A DNA stretch of 32,014 nt from Candidatus Bathyarchaeota archaeon (GTDB taxonomy: Archaea; Thermoproteota; Bathyarchaeia; TCS64). Of this stretch, positions 1 through 8,365 are shown piece after piece (position 1 is the first letter of the stretch; each line of letters opens with the position of its first letter). The stretch spans positions 1 to 32,014 of the forward strand of contig DUKA01000032.1 in assembly GCA_013329615.1 (NCBI GenBank). Direction: 5' to 3'. The notes below the pieces were generated by a model. That model was given only the letters and a program-made list of their open reading frames with translations. It had not been told where the DNA came from and ran no database searches. The position numbers and the translations under genes were made by a program.

Positions 1-231
1 GTCGACTACGAGTTCAGGACGACGGTCGTCCCGGGCATCGTCGATGGTGGCGACCTAGAGGAGATCGCTAAGACCCTCGCGGGTTCGAAGAGGTATGTGC
101 TCCAGGGTTTCAAGCCCGGCTCTACCCTGTCCGATGAGTGTAGAAGCGTTGAACCCTATAGTTTGGTTGAGATGAGGCAGTTTGTCGACCGCGTCTCCCC
201 GTATTTTGCGGATGTCGGGTTGAGAGTTTAG
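1..231 (+). CDS. Radical-SAM activating enzyme, C-terminal fragment (NrdG-like anaerobic RNR activase); the 5' end lies outside the window
   Basis: Frame 1 is open from nt 1 to TAG 229-231. My translation VDYEFRTTVVPGIVDGGDLEEIAKTLAGSKRYVLQGFKPG... carries the YEFRTTVVP...YVLQxF block typical of class III RNR activase C-termini. It is absent from the ORF track because it has no start codon. Confidence 0.55.
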   Translation, partial: VDYEFRTTVVPGIVDGGDLEEIAKTLAGSKRYVLQGFKPGSTLSDECRSVEPYSLVEMRQFVDRVSPYFADVGLRV

Positions 232-427
232 AGTAGAAAGACCGGGGGGCGAGGTTCTGCGACAAACCCCTCAGGTGTTTCTTGGCGTTCTGAGTATTGC
301 CGCCCCGGTCTCATTTAGCCCACACGAGGAACAATATATACATTACCCGCGAAATAAGTGTGAAAGATGTTATTGTAAATACTATTTCTCGGGTGTTTGT
401 ATATGCTACCGCGACAGAAGATACTCA

Positions 428-1048
428 TTAAACGTATCCGAAGATCGCCATGATGAGGGGCGTAATCACGACCTCGATCGCCGCGGCGAATATGAGCATG
501 GGCACGACGCGTGTGATGAAGAGTCCCAGTGCGGGTCTAGCTTCGTTCATTATGCTGCCTTTTCCCCGCAGGGAGTTTATGGCGGTGTAGCCGAGGCTCA
601 TCCCCATCGACATGGCAAGGATGATCGCGGGGATCTCAATGATGCCGTGTGGCGTGAGGCCGACGACTACGTATCCTACTCCGTAGATGGAGCCGAGGCT
701 GTTGGCGATCCAGCCTATGAAGAAGCCGTTGAAGATTATGAAGAAGAGGGGGAAGACTCCGCCGAGCAGCCCGCCGAGCATGAAGAGCAGGCTCTTGAAG
801 GCGTTGTTTGCGGCGATGAATCCGAAGAGTTCGAGTAGGCTCATGTTCTGTATATCGGGGAATGAGTTTAGCAGGTCGTTCATGGCTGAGGTGGGTATCG
901 TCTCGCCGAGGAGGTAGCCCATCCCGAGGCTGAAGCCGAATAGGAAGCAGCAGAAGGCGAATATCGGTATGAGGCCCCGCGCGTACTCTGAGTAGTCGCC
1001 GAATAGGAGCCATTTGATGCCCCGGGTCTGCGTCTGTGGCTTCGTCAT
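428..1048 (-). CDS. SpoIIM-like (DUF95) integral membrane protein
   Basis: 206-aa ORF with an ATG start and several hydrophobic helices. The LTPHGIIEIPAIILA motif is characteristic of the stage II sporulation protein M family. It begins 5 nt after the histone gene stop. Confidence 0.8.
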   Translation of the reverse strand: MTKPQTQTRGIKWLLFGDYSEYARGLIPIFAFCCFLFGFSLGMGYLLGETIPTSAMNDLLNSFPDIQNMSLLELFGFIAANNAFKSLLFMLGGLLGGVFPLFFIIFNGFFIGWIANSLGSIYGVGYVVVGLTPHGIIEIPAIILAMSMGMSLGYTAINSLRGKGSIMNEARPALGLFITRVVPMLIFAAAIEVVITPLIMAIFGYV

Positions 1049-1053
1049 CGCGT

Positions 1054-1284
1054 CTACTCTCGTTCCTTCTCCTTGATGCGGGCGGCTCTGATATCTCTTT
1101 CTAGGACGGTTTTTCGGTTGTCTTTTCTCGCGTTTTCGACGGCGGCTTCGGCGATTCTCTGCGCGAGTTCGCCTACGGCGCGTCTCATCTCCTCGGCGGC
1201 CTCCTCGCTGATCTTGATGTCGCCCTGTTTCTTTATGAGCCTCCGCATTGGGGCGAGGGTGAATTCCTCTGCCAGTTTGTGCAC
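1054..1284 (-). CDS. Archaeal histone-fold DNA-binding protein
   Basis: 76 aa with a GTG start. FTLAPMRRLIKKQGDIKISEEAAEEMRRAVGELAQRIAEAAVENARKDNRKTVLERDI matches the archaeal HMf-type histone fold (LPxAPxxRIxK...RVSxxA...GRKTV pattern). It has a short charged C-terminal tail. Confidence 0.8.
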   Translation of the reverse strand: MHKLAEEFTLAPMRRLIKKQGDIKISEEAAEEMRRAVGELAQRIAEAAVENARKDNRKTVLERDIRAARIKEKERE

Positions 1285-1374
1285 CCGGTGGTTATGCGGG
1301 TGGGCGGGTTATTGTGTCTTTCCCGGGGTAAGGTATTTAGTCGAGGGTGGGTATCTGGGGTGTAGGTTTGGAAT

Positions 1375-1566
1375 ATGGCCGATGTTAAGGTCGATCTTGC
1401 GAAGTGTGAAGGCGCGGGTGTGTGCGCCGAGGTCTGCCCCATGAACGTCTATGACATGGTTGAGATCGGTGGGAAGAAGAAGGCGCAGGCGACGCGTGCC
1501 GCGGACTGCATAATATGTATGGCTTGCGTTAACGGGTGCCCCGCCGCAGCCATCACAGTAGAGTAG
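1375..1566 (+). CDS. Small 4Fe-4S ferredoxin
   Basis: 63 aa with an ATG start. It has two cluster motifs, CEGAGVCAEVCP and CIICMACVNGCP. It is divergent from the histone gene. Confidence 0.85.
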   Translation: MADVKVDLAKCEGAGVCAEVCPMNVYDMVEIGGKKKAQATRAADCIICMACVNGCPAAAITVE

Positions 1567-1611
1567 ACGCCCTGATACGGTTATTATCAGGGACCCCATC
1601 TTATTCTTAGA

Positions 1612-2292
1612 ATGCTCAACGTCCTCTTCGTCGAAGCCGCATTAGAGATAGTGCCGAGGAAGATCAGTCGTCACCCATCCGTGACGCGGAACGCGAAGAA
1701 GGATGGAAAGAACCCGGAAGGAGTTCTGCTTGATAGGAGCCTGCATCACCACGCGATGGTTGCGCTGCCCGAGGCGGAGAAGAGGGGGAGACCTGACATC
1801 CTCCAGTTCTGCCTCTTGGAGGCGTTGGGTTCTCCGCTGAATAAGGTGGGGAAACTCAAACCGATGGCGCACACTCTGAATGGTGACTTCATCGACTTCT
1901 CCCCCGAGCTCAGGCTTCCGCGGGACGCGTATAGGTTCAGGAGTCTGATGGAGCAGCTCTTCGCTGAGGGGAGGGTCCCGCCGGGGGAGGGGGAGCCGCT
2001 GATGACGCTGGCGAGGAAGTCGCTCGGGGAGGTCAAGGAGGGTGTACACCCGAGCAGGACCTTCGCTTTGACGAGCCACGGTAAGATGGAGAAGCTGGCG
2101 GAGCTGTGTAGGCGGTTGGCGGCGGAGGAGAATCCATTAGTCTTCTTGGGCGCCTACCCGCACGGCGCGTTGAGGGAGGAGACGCTGGCGGAGGCGGATG
2201 AGGCTGTAAGCATACACCCCGATGCGCTTGAGGCGTGGGTGGTGACTTCGCGCCTCATCTACGAGTATGAGAAGGCTTCGGGGCTAGAGTAG
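1612..2292 (+). CDS. nep1: Ribosomal RNA small-subunit methyltransferase Nep1 (EMG1 family)
   Basis: 226 aa. The RPDILQFCLLEALGSPLNKVGKL block matches the conserved Nep1 RPDIxHQxLLxLxDSPLNK motif, and the length is typical. Confidence 0.85.
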   Translation: MLNVLFVEAALEIVPRKISRHPSVTRNAKKDGKNPEGVLLDRSLHHHAMVALPEAEKRGRPDILQFCLLEALGSPLNKVGKLKPMAHTLNGDFIDFSPELRLPRDAYRFRSLMEQLFAEGRVPPGEGEPLMTLARKSLGEVKEGVHPSRTFALTSHGKMEKLAELCRRLAAEENPLVFLGAYPHGALREETLAEADEAVSIHPDALEAWVVTSRLIYEYEKASGLE

Positions 2293-2916
2293 ACGAGAAG
2301 CAAACTCGTTGAGGTCGTGGACCACGTCCTCTCCCTTGAGTTGCCCGATCCTGTCGAGGTGGTACGCCTTGACGCCGAGCTTCTTCGGGGCACGATAGTC
2401 GAACTCCTCGTGGTCTCCGACGTGTGCCAGCTCCTCCGGCTTTATCTCGAGTATGTCGCATACACGTTGGTAGAAGTCCGGAGCTTTCTTTACGGCGTTG
2501 AAGTCGGTTGGCGCGCTGAACACCCTGCTGAAGGGGTACTCTATGCATCCGAGCTGTATCTGGAGGAACTCGCGTATGGTGTTTGAGGAGACGATCAGGG
2601 GGTATTTCTTCCCGAGACGGTTGAGGGCGGGCTGCGCGTCGGGGTAGACGCGGCACTCGTCCTTGCGGCGCTGGGGGAGGTTTCGCCAGTAGTGGGGTAA
2701 CCCGAGGCGCCTCCACCAGTAGCCCATGTCGTACCACTCCGGTCGCCCCTCGCCGACGTCCGCGTACTCGGCGAAGACCTTCTTGCGCGCCTCTTCGAGG
2801 GGGAGCCCGTGAGCCTCGGCGTAGAGGGCGGGTATATCACCCTCCCAGATGGTCTTGCTGTAGCTGTGGTCGACGAGGGTTCCCTCCATGTCGAAGCTGA
2901 CTACCCGGATCGGCAT
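2284..2916 (-). CDS. HAD-superfamily hydrolase (subfamily IA-like)
   Basis: 210 aa with an ATG start. The N-terminal VVSFDMEGTLVD is HAD motif I (DxDGT-like), and a C-terminal VGDHEEFD motif is present. Its 3' end overlaps nep1 by 9 nt (convergent). Confidence 0.8.
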   Translation of the reverse strand: MPIRVVSFDMEGTLVDHSYSKTIWEGDIPALYAEAHGLPLEEARKKVFAEYADVGEGRPEWYDMGYWWRRLGLPHYWRNLPQRRKDECRVYPDAQPALNRLGKKYPLIVSSNTIREFLQIQLGCIEYPFSRVFSAPTDFNAVKKAPDFYQRVCDILEIKPEELAHVGDHEEFDYRAPKKLGVKAYHLDRIGQLKGEDVVHDLNEFASRLL

Positions 2917-2953
2917 GGGGTATTGGGCGTGTTTCTCGTTGAAAAGGGCGGCG

Positions 2954-3367
2954 CTAGTTTGCGGGTTTGCTTCCTATCTCCTGCGCGAACCTGAGAAGGT
3001 ACCCATCTGGGTCTTGGACGAGGAACTCCTTGACACCGTAGAGGGTGTCTCCTCCCCGGTACCAGCTCTCCTTCACGGGTCGGAAGAGGGGGACGTCATT
3101 TGCTTCTAGTGACTTGACGAGGGCGTTCACGTCGTCCGCGTGAAACTGGAAGTTGATGCCACGCCCGTATGGGTGTTCGAGTTCACCCGTCGCCCAGTGA
3201 CCGTTCGTCTCCTCAATCATGAGCTGCGCATCTTGGAAGCTGAGGTACATGAACTTGTTAGCGGGGCGCTCGTACTCCACCTTGAACCCGAGTGTGTCGA
3301 CGTAGAAGGCTCGGCTCCGTGTGAGATTGGAGACGCTTAGCTCGGGTACTAGGGCGTTGAAATGCAT
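2954..3367 (-). CDS. VOC / glyoxalase-bleomycin resistance family protein
   Basis: 137 aa. FYVDTLGFKV ... GINFQFHADDV ... FLVQDPDGYLLRF are typical vicinal-oxygen-chelate fold signatures. Confidence 0.8.
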   Translation of the reverse strand: MHFNALVPELSVSNLTRSRAFYVDTLGFKVEYERPANKFMYLSFQDAQLMIEETNGHWATGELEHPYGRGINFQFHADDVNALVKSLEANDVPLFRPVKESWYRGGDTLYGVKEFLVQDPDGYLLRFAQEIGSKPAN

Positions 3368-3472
3368 GTGGGGTGTATCGTCGTTGGGTGGCTAAAGGTT
3401 GTGGAGCGTGTCTCTCCTCGTAACCGTTAAAATCGGTTGGGCGCCATGGTATATGGTGTATTCTTGGCGAAG

Positions 3473-4315
3473 ATGATCATCACGGCGGCTTTGACGGGGG
3501 GCGAGCCGGTACACAAGGGCATGACGCCCTACGTGCCGAGTTCCCCCGAGGAGATAGCGGAGGAGACTTACAAGTGCTGGGAGGCGGGTGCCTCCATTGT
3601 GCACCTGCACGCGAAGGACCCATTGACGGGGAAGCCGGCTTCGGACCCGAACCCGTACTTCAAGAAGTACGCGAAGATGATCCGGGATAGGTGCGACATC
3701 ATCATAAACATGACGACGGGGGGCGCGCGCCCGACGACGGGTGAAAAGCTCGACGAGATGGTGAAGGAGAGGTGCGGCCTCGGGGCGGAGATGATGAGCC
3801 TAAACATGGGCACCATCAACCTCTGGACGCCTCCTTACGAGAACGTCTTCATGAACGAGATACCCCGGATCAAGCGCTGGGTCGGCTACATGTACGACGC
3901 GGGCATCAAGCCCGAGCTTGAGTTCTACGACACGGGTATGATAAACGCGACGAAGATGCTCGTCAGGGACGGGGTCTTGAAGGAGCCGCTCCACGTGCAG
4001 TTCGTGATGGTGGGGACGACGGGCTGGTCCCCGAACCCGAAGGCGCTCATGTATGGCGTGGAGCAGCTTAACCCGAGCTGGACGTGGAGCGTCTGCTCCC
4101 TCGGGCGCACGCAGCTGCCGATGGGGGCTTTCGCGATGACCCTCGGCGGGCACGTTCGCGTCGGCTTCGAGGACAACATCTACATCCGCCACGGCGAGCT
4201 GGCGAAGAGCAACGCCGACCTCGTGAAGAGGATTGTCACAATCGCGGAGGCGCTCAACATAGAGGTGGCGAAGCCCGACGAGGCGAGGAAGATGCTTGGG
4301 CTCCCCAAATCATAG
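3473..4315 (+). CDS. 3-keto-5-aminohexanoate cleavage enzyme family protein (BKACE / DUF849)
   Basis: MIITAALTGG...TPYVPSSPEEIAEE...GASIVHLHAKDP matches the BKACE N-terminal signature. The ORF is open from TTG 3437, with alternative ATGs at 3446 and 3473. I chose 3473 because family members start directly at the IITxAxTG strand. Confidence 0.8.
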   Translation: MIITAALTGGEPVHKGMTPYVPSSPEEIAEETYKCWEAGASIVHLHAKDPLTGKPASDPNPYFKKYAKMIRDRCDIIINMTTGGARPTTGEKLDEMVKERCGLGAEMMSLNMGTINLWTPPYENVFMNEIPRIKRWVGYMYDAGIKPELEFYDTGMINATKMLVRDGVLKEPLHVQFVMVGTTGWSPNPKALMYGVEQLNPSWTWSVCSLGRTQLPMGAFAMTLGGHVRVGFEDNIYIRHGELAKSNADLVKRIVTIAEALNIEVAKPDEARKMLGLPKS

Positions 4316-4369
4316 CGCCGTGACCCGCTACACACGATAACGAAGAAAAATTGTGTGGAATAACACGCG

Positions 4370-4417
4370 TTTTTGCATACATTCGTGATCCAACGGAGCG
4401 TTTTTCTGGCTATTTTT
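4370..4417 (+). terminator. Cluster of three T5 tracts downstream of the BKACE gene (archaeal oligo-T terminator candidates)
   Basis: TTTTT occurs at 4370-4374, 4401-4405 and 4413-4417 in the 220-nt intergenic region after the stop at 4315. Confidence 0.35.
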
Positions 4418-4490
4418 GGTGAATGGCGGCCTAGAATTTGGGATTGGGTGTACACCCCTCCCTCCCCTTTTCACGGCGCGCCTGCGAATC

Positions 4491-4499
4491 ATATATATT
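4491..4499 (+). promoter_or_regulatory. TATA-box candidate for the duplicated bacterioferritin-like gene
   Basis: ATATATATT lies about 40 nt upstream of ATG 4536. A GAGGT Shine-Dalgarno-like element sits at 4523-4527. Confidence 0.4.
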
Positions 4500-4535
4500 C
4501 ACAGATTCCTGAGACTCAATCAGAGGTTATGGAAA

Positions 4536-5513
4536 ATGGCTGTTAAAACTACGCCAAAGTACATCGACCTGCTCAACGAGGCCGTGGAGAGAGAGATACA
4601 GGTGAGCATCCAGTACCTACTCCAGCACGGCAAGATGGAGAAGCTCATCAGGAGGACGCTCCCCGAGAACATACTCCTCGATAAGACGACTTACGAGGCT
4701 GTCGGCAAGTTCCTTCGCGAGATAGGGATTCAGGAGATGAAGCACGCCGCCGCGATTATGGAGAGGATATACTACCTCGGCGGAAAGGCCACCACGAAGG
4801 CGAAGAAGCCTGTCATCGGCGGCTCACTCAGCGAATTCGCCAAGCTCGGCGTGGGCGCCGAGGAGGAGGCACTCACACTCTACAGGAAGATCATCGACGA
4901 GGCGCGCAAGGCGGGCGACTACGAGACACACGAGCTGTTCGAGAAGATATATGGCGAGGAGGAGGTGCACCTCTTCAAGTTCCAAGAATATACGAAGTTC
5001 AAGGACGAGCCACAGGACAGCGATGTTAAACCAAGCGAGTGGCGCAGGGCCTACACCGACGACTACTTCGCCCTTCTCAACAAGGCGGTCGCCAGCGAGA
5101 TCATGGCCATCATCCAGTACACAAACCAGCACGAGAAGGCGGCCCTCCTCAAGCTCAGGATGAAGGAGACGCCCCTCGAGACTATCACCGAGAAGAACAA
5201 GACACAGGTCGTCAGCGACCTTCTAAAACCCATCTTCATGCAGGAGATGGAGCACCTCGAGAAGATATCGGAGAGGATATACTTGCTCGAGGGCGAGGCG
5301 GTCGCGATGCCCGACCCACTCCCCAAGGTAGGGGAGACCGTCGACGAGTTCCTGCACCTCGACCACGAGGCCGAGAACGACGCCATACTCCTCTACAGGA
5401 GGATAATCGACGAAGCTATGAAGCGCGGAGACACGCTCACGAGGCGCATGTTCGAGGACATCGTCATACAGGAAGAGGAGCACTACTGGAAATTCGATGA
5501 CTTCATTCGCTAG
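4536..5513 (+). CDS. Tandem (duplicated) bacterioferritin-like / ferritin-like di-iron protein
   Basis: 325 aa from ATG 4536; the track ORF extends to 4416, but that leader is non-homologous. There are two homologous halves. Each half has QY..QH, QEM(K/E)H...ERIY.L.G, LYR.IIDEA and EE(V/E)H motifs, which are the Bfr-type ExxH ferroxidase ligands. Confidence 0.8.
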   Translation: MAVKTTPKYIDLLNEAVEREIQVSIQYLLQHGKMEKLIRRTLPENILLDKTTYEAVGKFLREIGIQEMKHAAAIMERIYYLGGKATTKAKKPVIGGSLSEFAKLGVGAEEEALTLYRKIIDEARKAGDYETHELFEKIYGEEEVHLFKFQEYTKFKDEPQDSDVKPSEWRRAYTDDYFALLNKAVASEIMAIIQYTNQHEKAALLKLRMKETPLETITEKNKTQVVSDLLKPIFMQEMEHLEKISERIYLLEGEAVAMPDPLPKVGETVDEFLHLDHEAENDAILLYRRIIDEAMKRGDTLTRRMFEDIVIQEEEHYWKFDDFIR

Positions 5514-5658
5514 ACGCCGCGGTTTTCACCGTCCACTCCGACGATTCTTTCACTCAGCCCCTTTTTGTAATCCTTTTCCGGCATCAAATAAAATCTTTAA
5601 GATGTAAAATAGCGATAAACCGAACATTTCTTTTATTACTTTGAAATATATCGTTTAG

Positions 5659-7086
5659 ATGTCATCGATTCTACCCAGAATTCTATTGCCGTTCGCGAAA
5701 CCATACGCGCTATCATTCCTCGACGAGAAGAGCATCGCCTCGAAGATGGAGGTGCTTATTAAGAAAAAGCTGAGAACACAGTCGAAGACGAGGATCGGTG
5801 ACGCCTTGGGCATAGGGTCAAACACATCAATTGAAAAGCTCCCGCTGACGAGTTACGAATTCTACAGGAAGTACTTCGAGTCGCCAAGCGAGGGGGATCT
5901 CATCTATCCCCTCGGAGACTACGTCAAGGCGATCACGAGCGGTACCATGGGGAAGCCGAAGTCCTTCCTGCTACCAAAGACGGGGCTGCAGGACAACCTG
6001 ATGAAGACGGGCTTCACGGTCATGCTGCTCGGGACGCACGATGGCGAGAAGATAACATTCGAGGCCGGTGACACGGTTTACAGGAACGTGCCGGGGGGAT
6101 CACACATCGCCGTCTTCCTGACGAATCTCTTCGAGAAGAACGACTCGGGCTGGGTAAAACAGTGCCCCGACTCAGACCTGCCTTTCCAGACGAAGGTGGA
6201 CTACTTCGTCGACCACTACAAGGAGATAGACGTCGCCTACATGACGGTGCCAACGCTGCTCGAGGAGGTCTACCCGCGCATCGGCAAGCCCATCCATCTG
6301 AAGGGCTTCATGACACAGGACACTGCCGCTGGAGCTTTCAAGGAGAAGATAAGGGAGGTCACTGGAGGCTACCCGAAGTCGAACTACGGCGCGACGGAGA
6401 CGATGTTCTGTAGCATGCCCTCGATAGAGCACCCGGGCGCATTTCTGCTCGATTGGAGGGTCATCTACCCCGAATTCATCCCCGAGAAGGAAAAGATCGA
6501 GGCAAACACCGGTATTGAGAAAGAGGCCCCTGATATGCTGACACTGACCCAGGTCGAAGCGGGCAAGATGTATCAGTTGGTCGCCACGCCGCTCAAGAAC
6601 GACATGACGCGGTACGTCATGCCCGACATCTTCGAATGCGTTGACACGTGCGACGACGTGCTCGGCGCAAGCATGCCCGTCTTCAGATATCACATGAGGG
6701 CAGACAGACTGATAATGTTACACAACTTCACACGAATAGTCGAGAACGAGCTGATCGACATCCTCCACGCCGCTGGTGTCCCCTTCGTCGACTTCACAGC
6801 GAGGAAGACCTCTGAGGGCATACACGACTACATGGAACTATACATAGAGCTCAAGGAGAAGGGCGACGTAGCGGCCTTGACGAAGCAGATCGACGACAAG
6901 CTCATGGAGGTGGACAAGGACTGGAGAGACCTCTCACACTTCCTAAAATACACGCCTCTAAAGGTCAATCTCCTCCCACGGGGCACGTTCCACAAGTACC
7001 TCGCCTCTCAGACGGGCATGCCGCGCGTCGAACGAATAGGCATGTCAGACGAGAGATTCGCCGGGCTCATTAGTAAACGGTCTTAA
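5659..7086 (+). CDS. GH3-family adenylate-forming (acyl-acid amido synthetase-like) protein
   Basis: 475 aa with an ATG start. ITSGTMGKPKSFLLP matches the GH3/ANL nucleotide-binding motif SGT(T/S)xGxxK, and NYGATET is a second conserved block. The length is typical of prokaryotic GH3 proteins. Confidence 0.7.
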   Translation: MSSILPRILLPFAKPYALSFLDEKSIASKMEVLIKKKLRTQSKTRIGDALGIGSNTSIEKLPLTSYEFYRKYFESPSEGDLIYPLGDYVKAITSGTMGKPKSFLLPKTGLQDNLMKTGFTVMLLGTHDGEKITFEAGDTVYRNVPGGSHIAVFLTNLFEKNDSGWVKQCPDSDLPFQTKVDYFVDHYKEIDVAYMTVPTLLEEVYPRIGKPIHLKGFMTQDTAAGAFKEKIREVTGGYPKSNYGATETMFCSMPSIEHPGAFLLDWRVIYPEFIPEKEKIEANTGIEKEAPDMLTLTQVEAGKMYQLVATPLKNDMTRYVMPDIFECVDTCDDVLGASMPVFRYHMRADRLIMLHNFTRIVENELIDILHAAGVPFVDFTARKTSEGIHDYMELYIELKEKGDVAALTKQIDDKLMEVDKDWRDLSHFLKYTPLKVNLLPRGTFHKYLASQTGMPRVERIGMSDERFAGLISKRS

Positions 7087-8236
7087 GGTTTACGACCTCG
7101 TCCGCCATGTTCTCGAAGACCTCGACCATCACCTTGTCATCGTGGATATGCGGGTAGAAGAAAGCATCTATCCTGACCCTGGCGGCCTTCAAGCGGGGTA
7201 TCATGGTCAGTAGCTGCTTGTGCAGGTCCTTCCAGTTATGAATCTCGATGAGCGTGGAGAGGCTGTAGAGAACGACGTTGACCTTTATCCTCCTGTCTCG
7301 GGAGAAGCCCACGACTTCGGAGAGCAGTATGCCCAGTTCCATCAGGTCGTCGTTTATCGACATCACCTTGTCCTGGAAGAGACTTGAGGGCTCGAGGTTG
7401 CCGTGAACCATGCGGACTATGTAGAGGTCCTGATCCTTGAGATGCTCCTGTCTGATCTGCTGTGGGGATATGAGGTCGTGTGTCGTGACGAGTATGGTCC
7501 TCTGGGCTCCGCCCTGTTTGGTCTTCACCTTGTTTATTATCCACTTGATCTCGTCCTCACGGGTGAGGTGGGACTCAATCAAGGTGACGCCACCCCCTCT
7601 CCCCTCCTCGTAGGTTTCGGCGTGCCCAGACAGGAGGAACTGCTTGAGGTCATCGGCGAGCAGTGTGAAGCGGGGTATTACAATGCCGGAGAGGACGACG
7701 ATCTTGCCGACTATCGCAAGCACCTCGCCGTAGAGCGCCTGTATAAAGCCGAAGGCGATGCCGAAGTTGATGACGAGAAGGAAAATCCACCCTATTGAAA
7801 GAAGATCGACCTCCACCTTGTACCTCAGCCTCATGTAGACGAGTACGCCGCTGATGAGGAGGTACGGCGTAATTCCGAGTATCCACCCTAAAGTGGAGGG
7901 GGCGGAGACGAGGTAGATGACGACTATACTTATGGGCACTATAAGGCTCGCCAGTAGGAATGATCTGAGCTTGTCTACTAGGTCGCCTAGGCCGGCGAAG
8001 ATAGCGGAGAAGCCTATCATGAGTGGGATCCCGGCTAAGAGTTCAACGGTCGATTCGGTGAGAAACAGAGGCCCGACCGCCCTTATGCATACGCTCACAC
8101 CGTAGAGGAGGAAGCCGACGCTCCATATCATGTAGAAGCGTCTGCTCGTCTTCACGAAGGTGGGATAGATCACAGCTACCATACCCATCGTGAATAGGCC
8201 GTTGATTAGCCTGAAAACGAGCGTCAGATCCTCCAT
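7070..8236 (-). CDS. 7-TM membrane protein with a cytoplasmic DUF835 / KaiC-like (Walker-A-less) C-terminal domain
   Basis: 388 aa. Seven hydrophobic segments lie in aa 6-190. The roughly 190-aa soluble domain (VTLIES...ILVTTHDLISPQQIR...VVLYSLSTLIE...) resembles the archaeal DUF835 / RecA-fold pattern but has no GxxxxGK[ST] motif. Confidence 0.65.
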   Translation of the reverse strand: MEDLTLVFRLINGLFTMGMVAVIYPTFVKTSRRFYMIWSVGFLLYGVSVCIRAVGPLFLTESTVELLAGIPLMIGFSAIFAGLGDLVDKLRSFLLASLIVPISIVVIYLVSAPSTLGWILGITPYLLISGVLVYMRLRYKVEVDLLSIGWIFLLVINFGIAFGFIQALYGEVLAIVGKIVVLSGIVIPRFTLLADDLKQFLLSGHAETYEEGRGGGVTLIESHLTREDEIKWIINKVKTKQGGAQRTILVTTHDLISPQQIRQEHLKDQDLYIVRMVHGNLEPSSLFQDKVMSINDDLMELGILLSEVVGFSRDRRIKVNVVLYSLSTLIEIHNWKDLHKQLLTMIPRLKAARVRIDAFFYPHIHDDKVMVEVFENMADEVVNLKTVY

Positions 8237-8365
8237 GGTTACTGTTAGCCACTCAATAATGTGAATGATATTTGTACTTTATAGAGGTTCGCAACGATTT
8301 TTACTAGTTTTTAGGATTTGTTGATATTGTTAAATATTATACAAGTTGACCCGCGGCGAAGTTGG

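Noticed and set aside
275-1013. ORFs 275..838 (+), 636..1013 (-) and 687..917 (+) overlapping the SpoIIM-like gene
   Set aside because: The SpoIIM frame shows coherent TM helices and the family motif. The others are charged low-complexity artefacts.
4416-4535. N-terminal 40-aa extension of the bacterioferritin-like ORF (track start 4416)
   Set aside because: The extension has no ferritin homology and spans the TATA-like ATATATATT. ATG 4536 with an upstream GAGGT element gives a canonical N-terminus.
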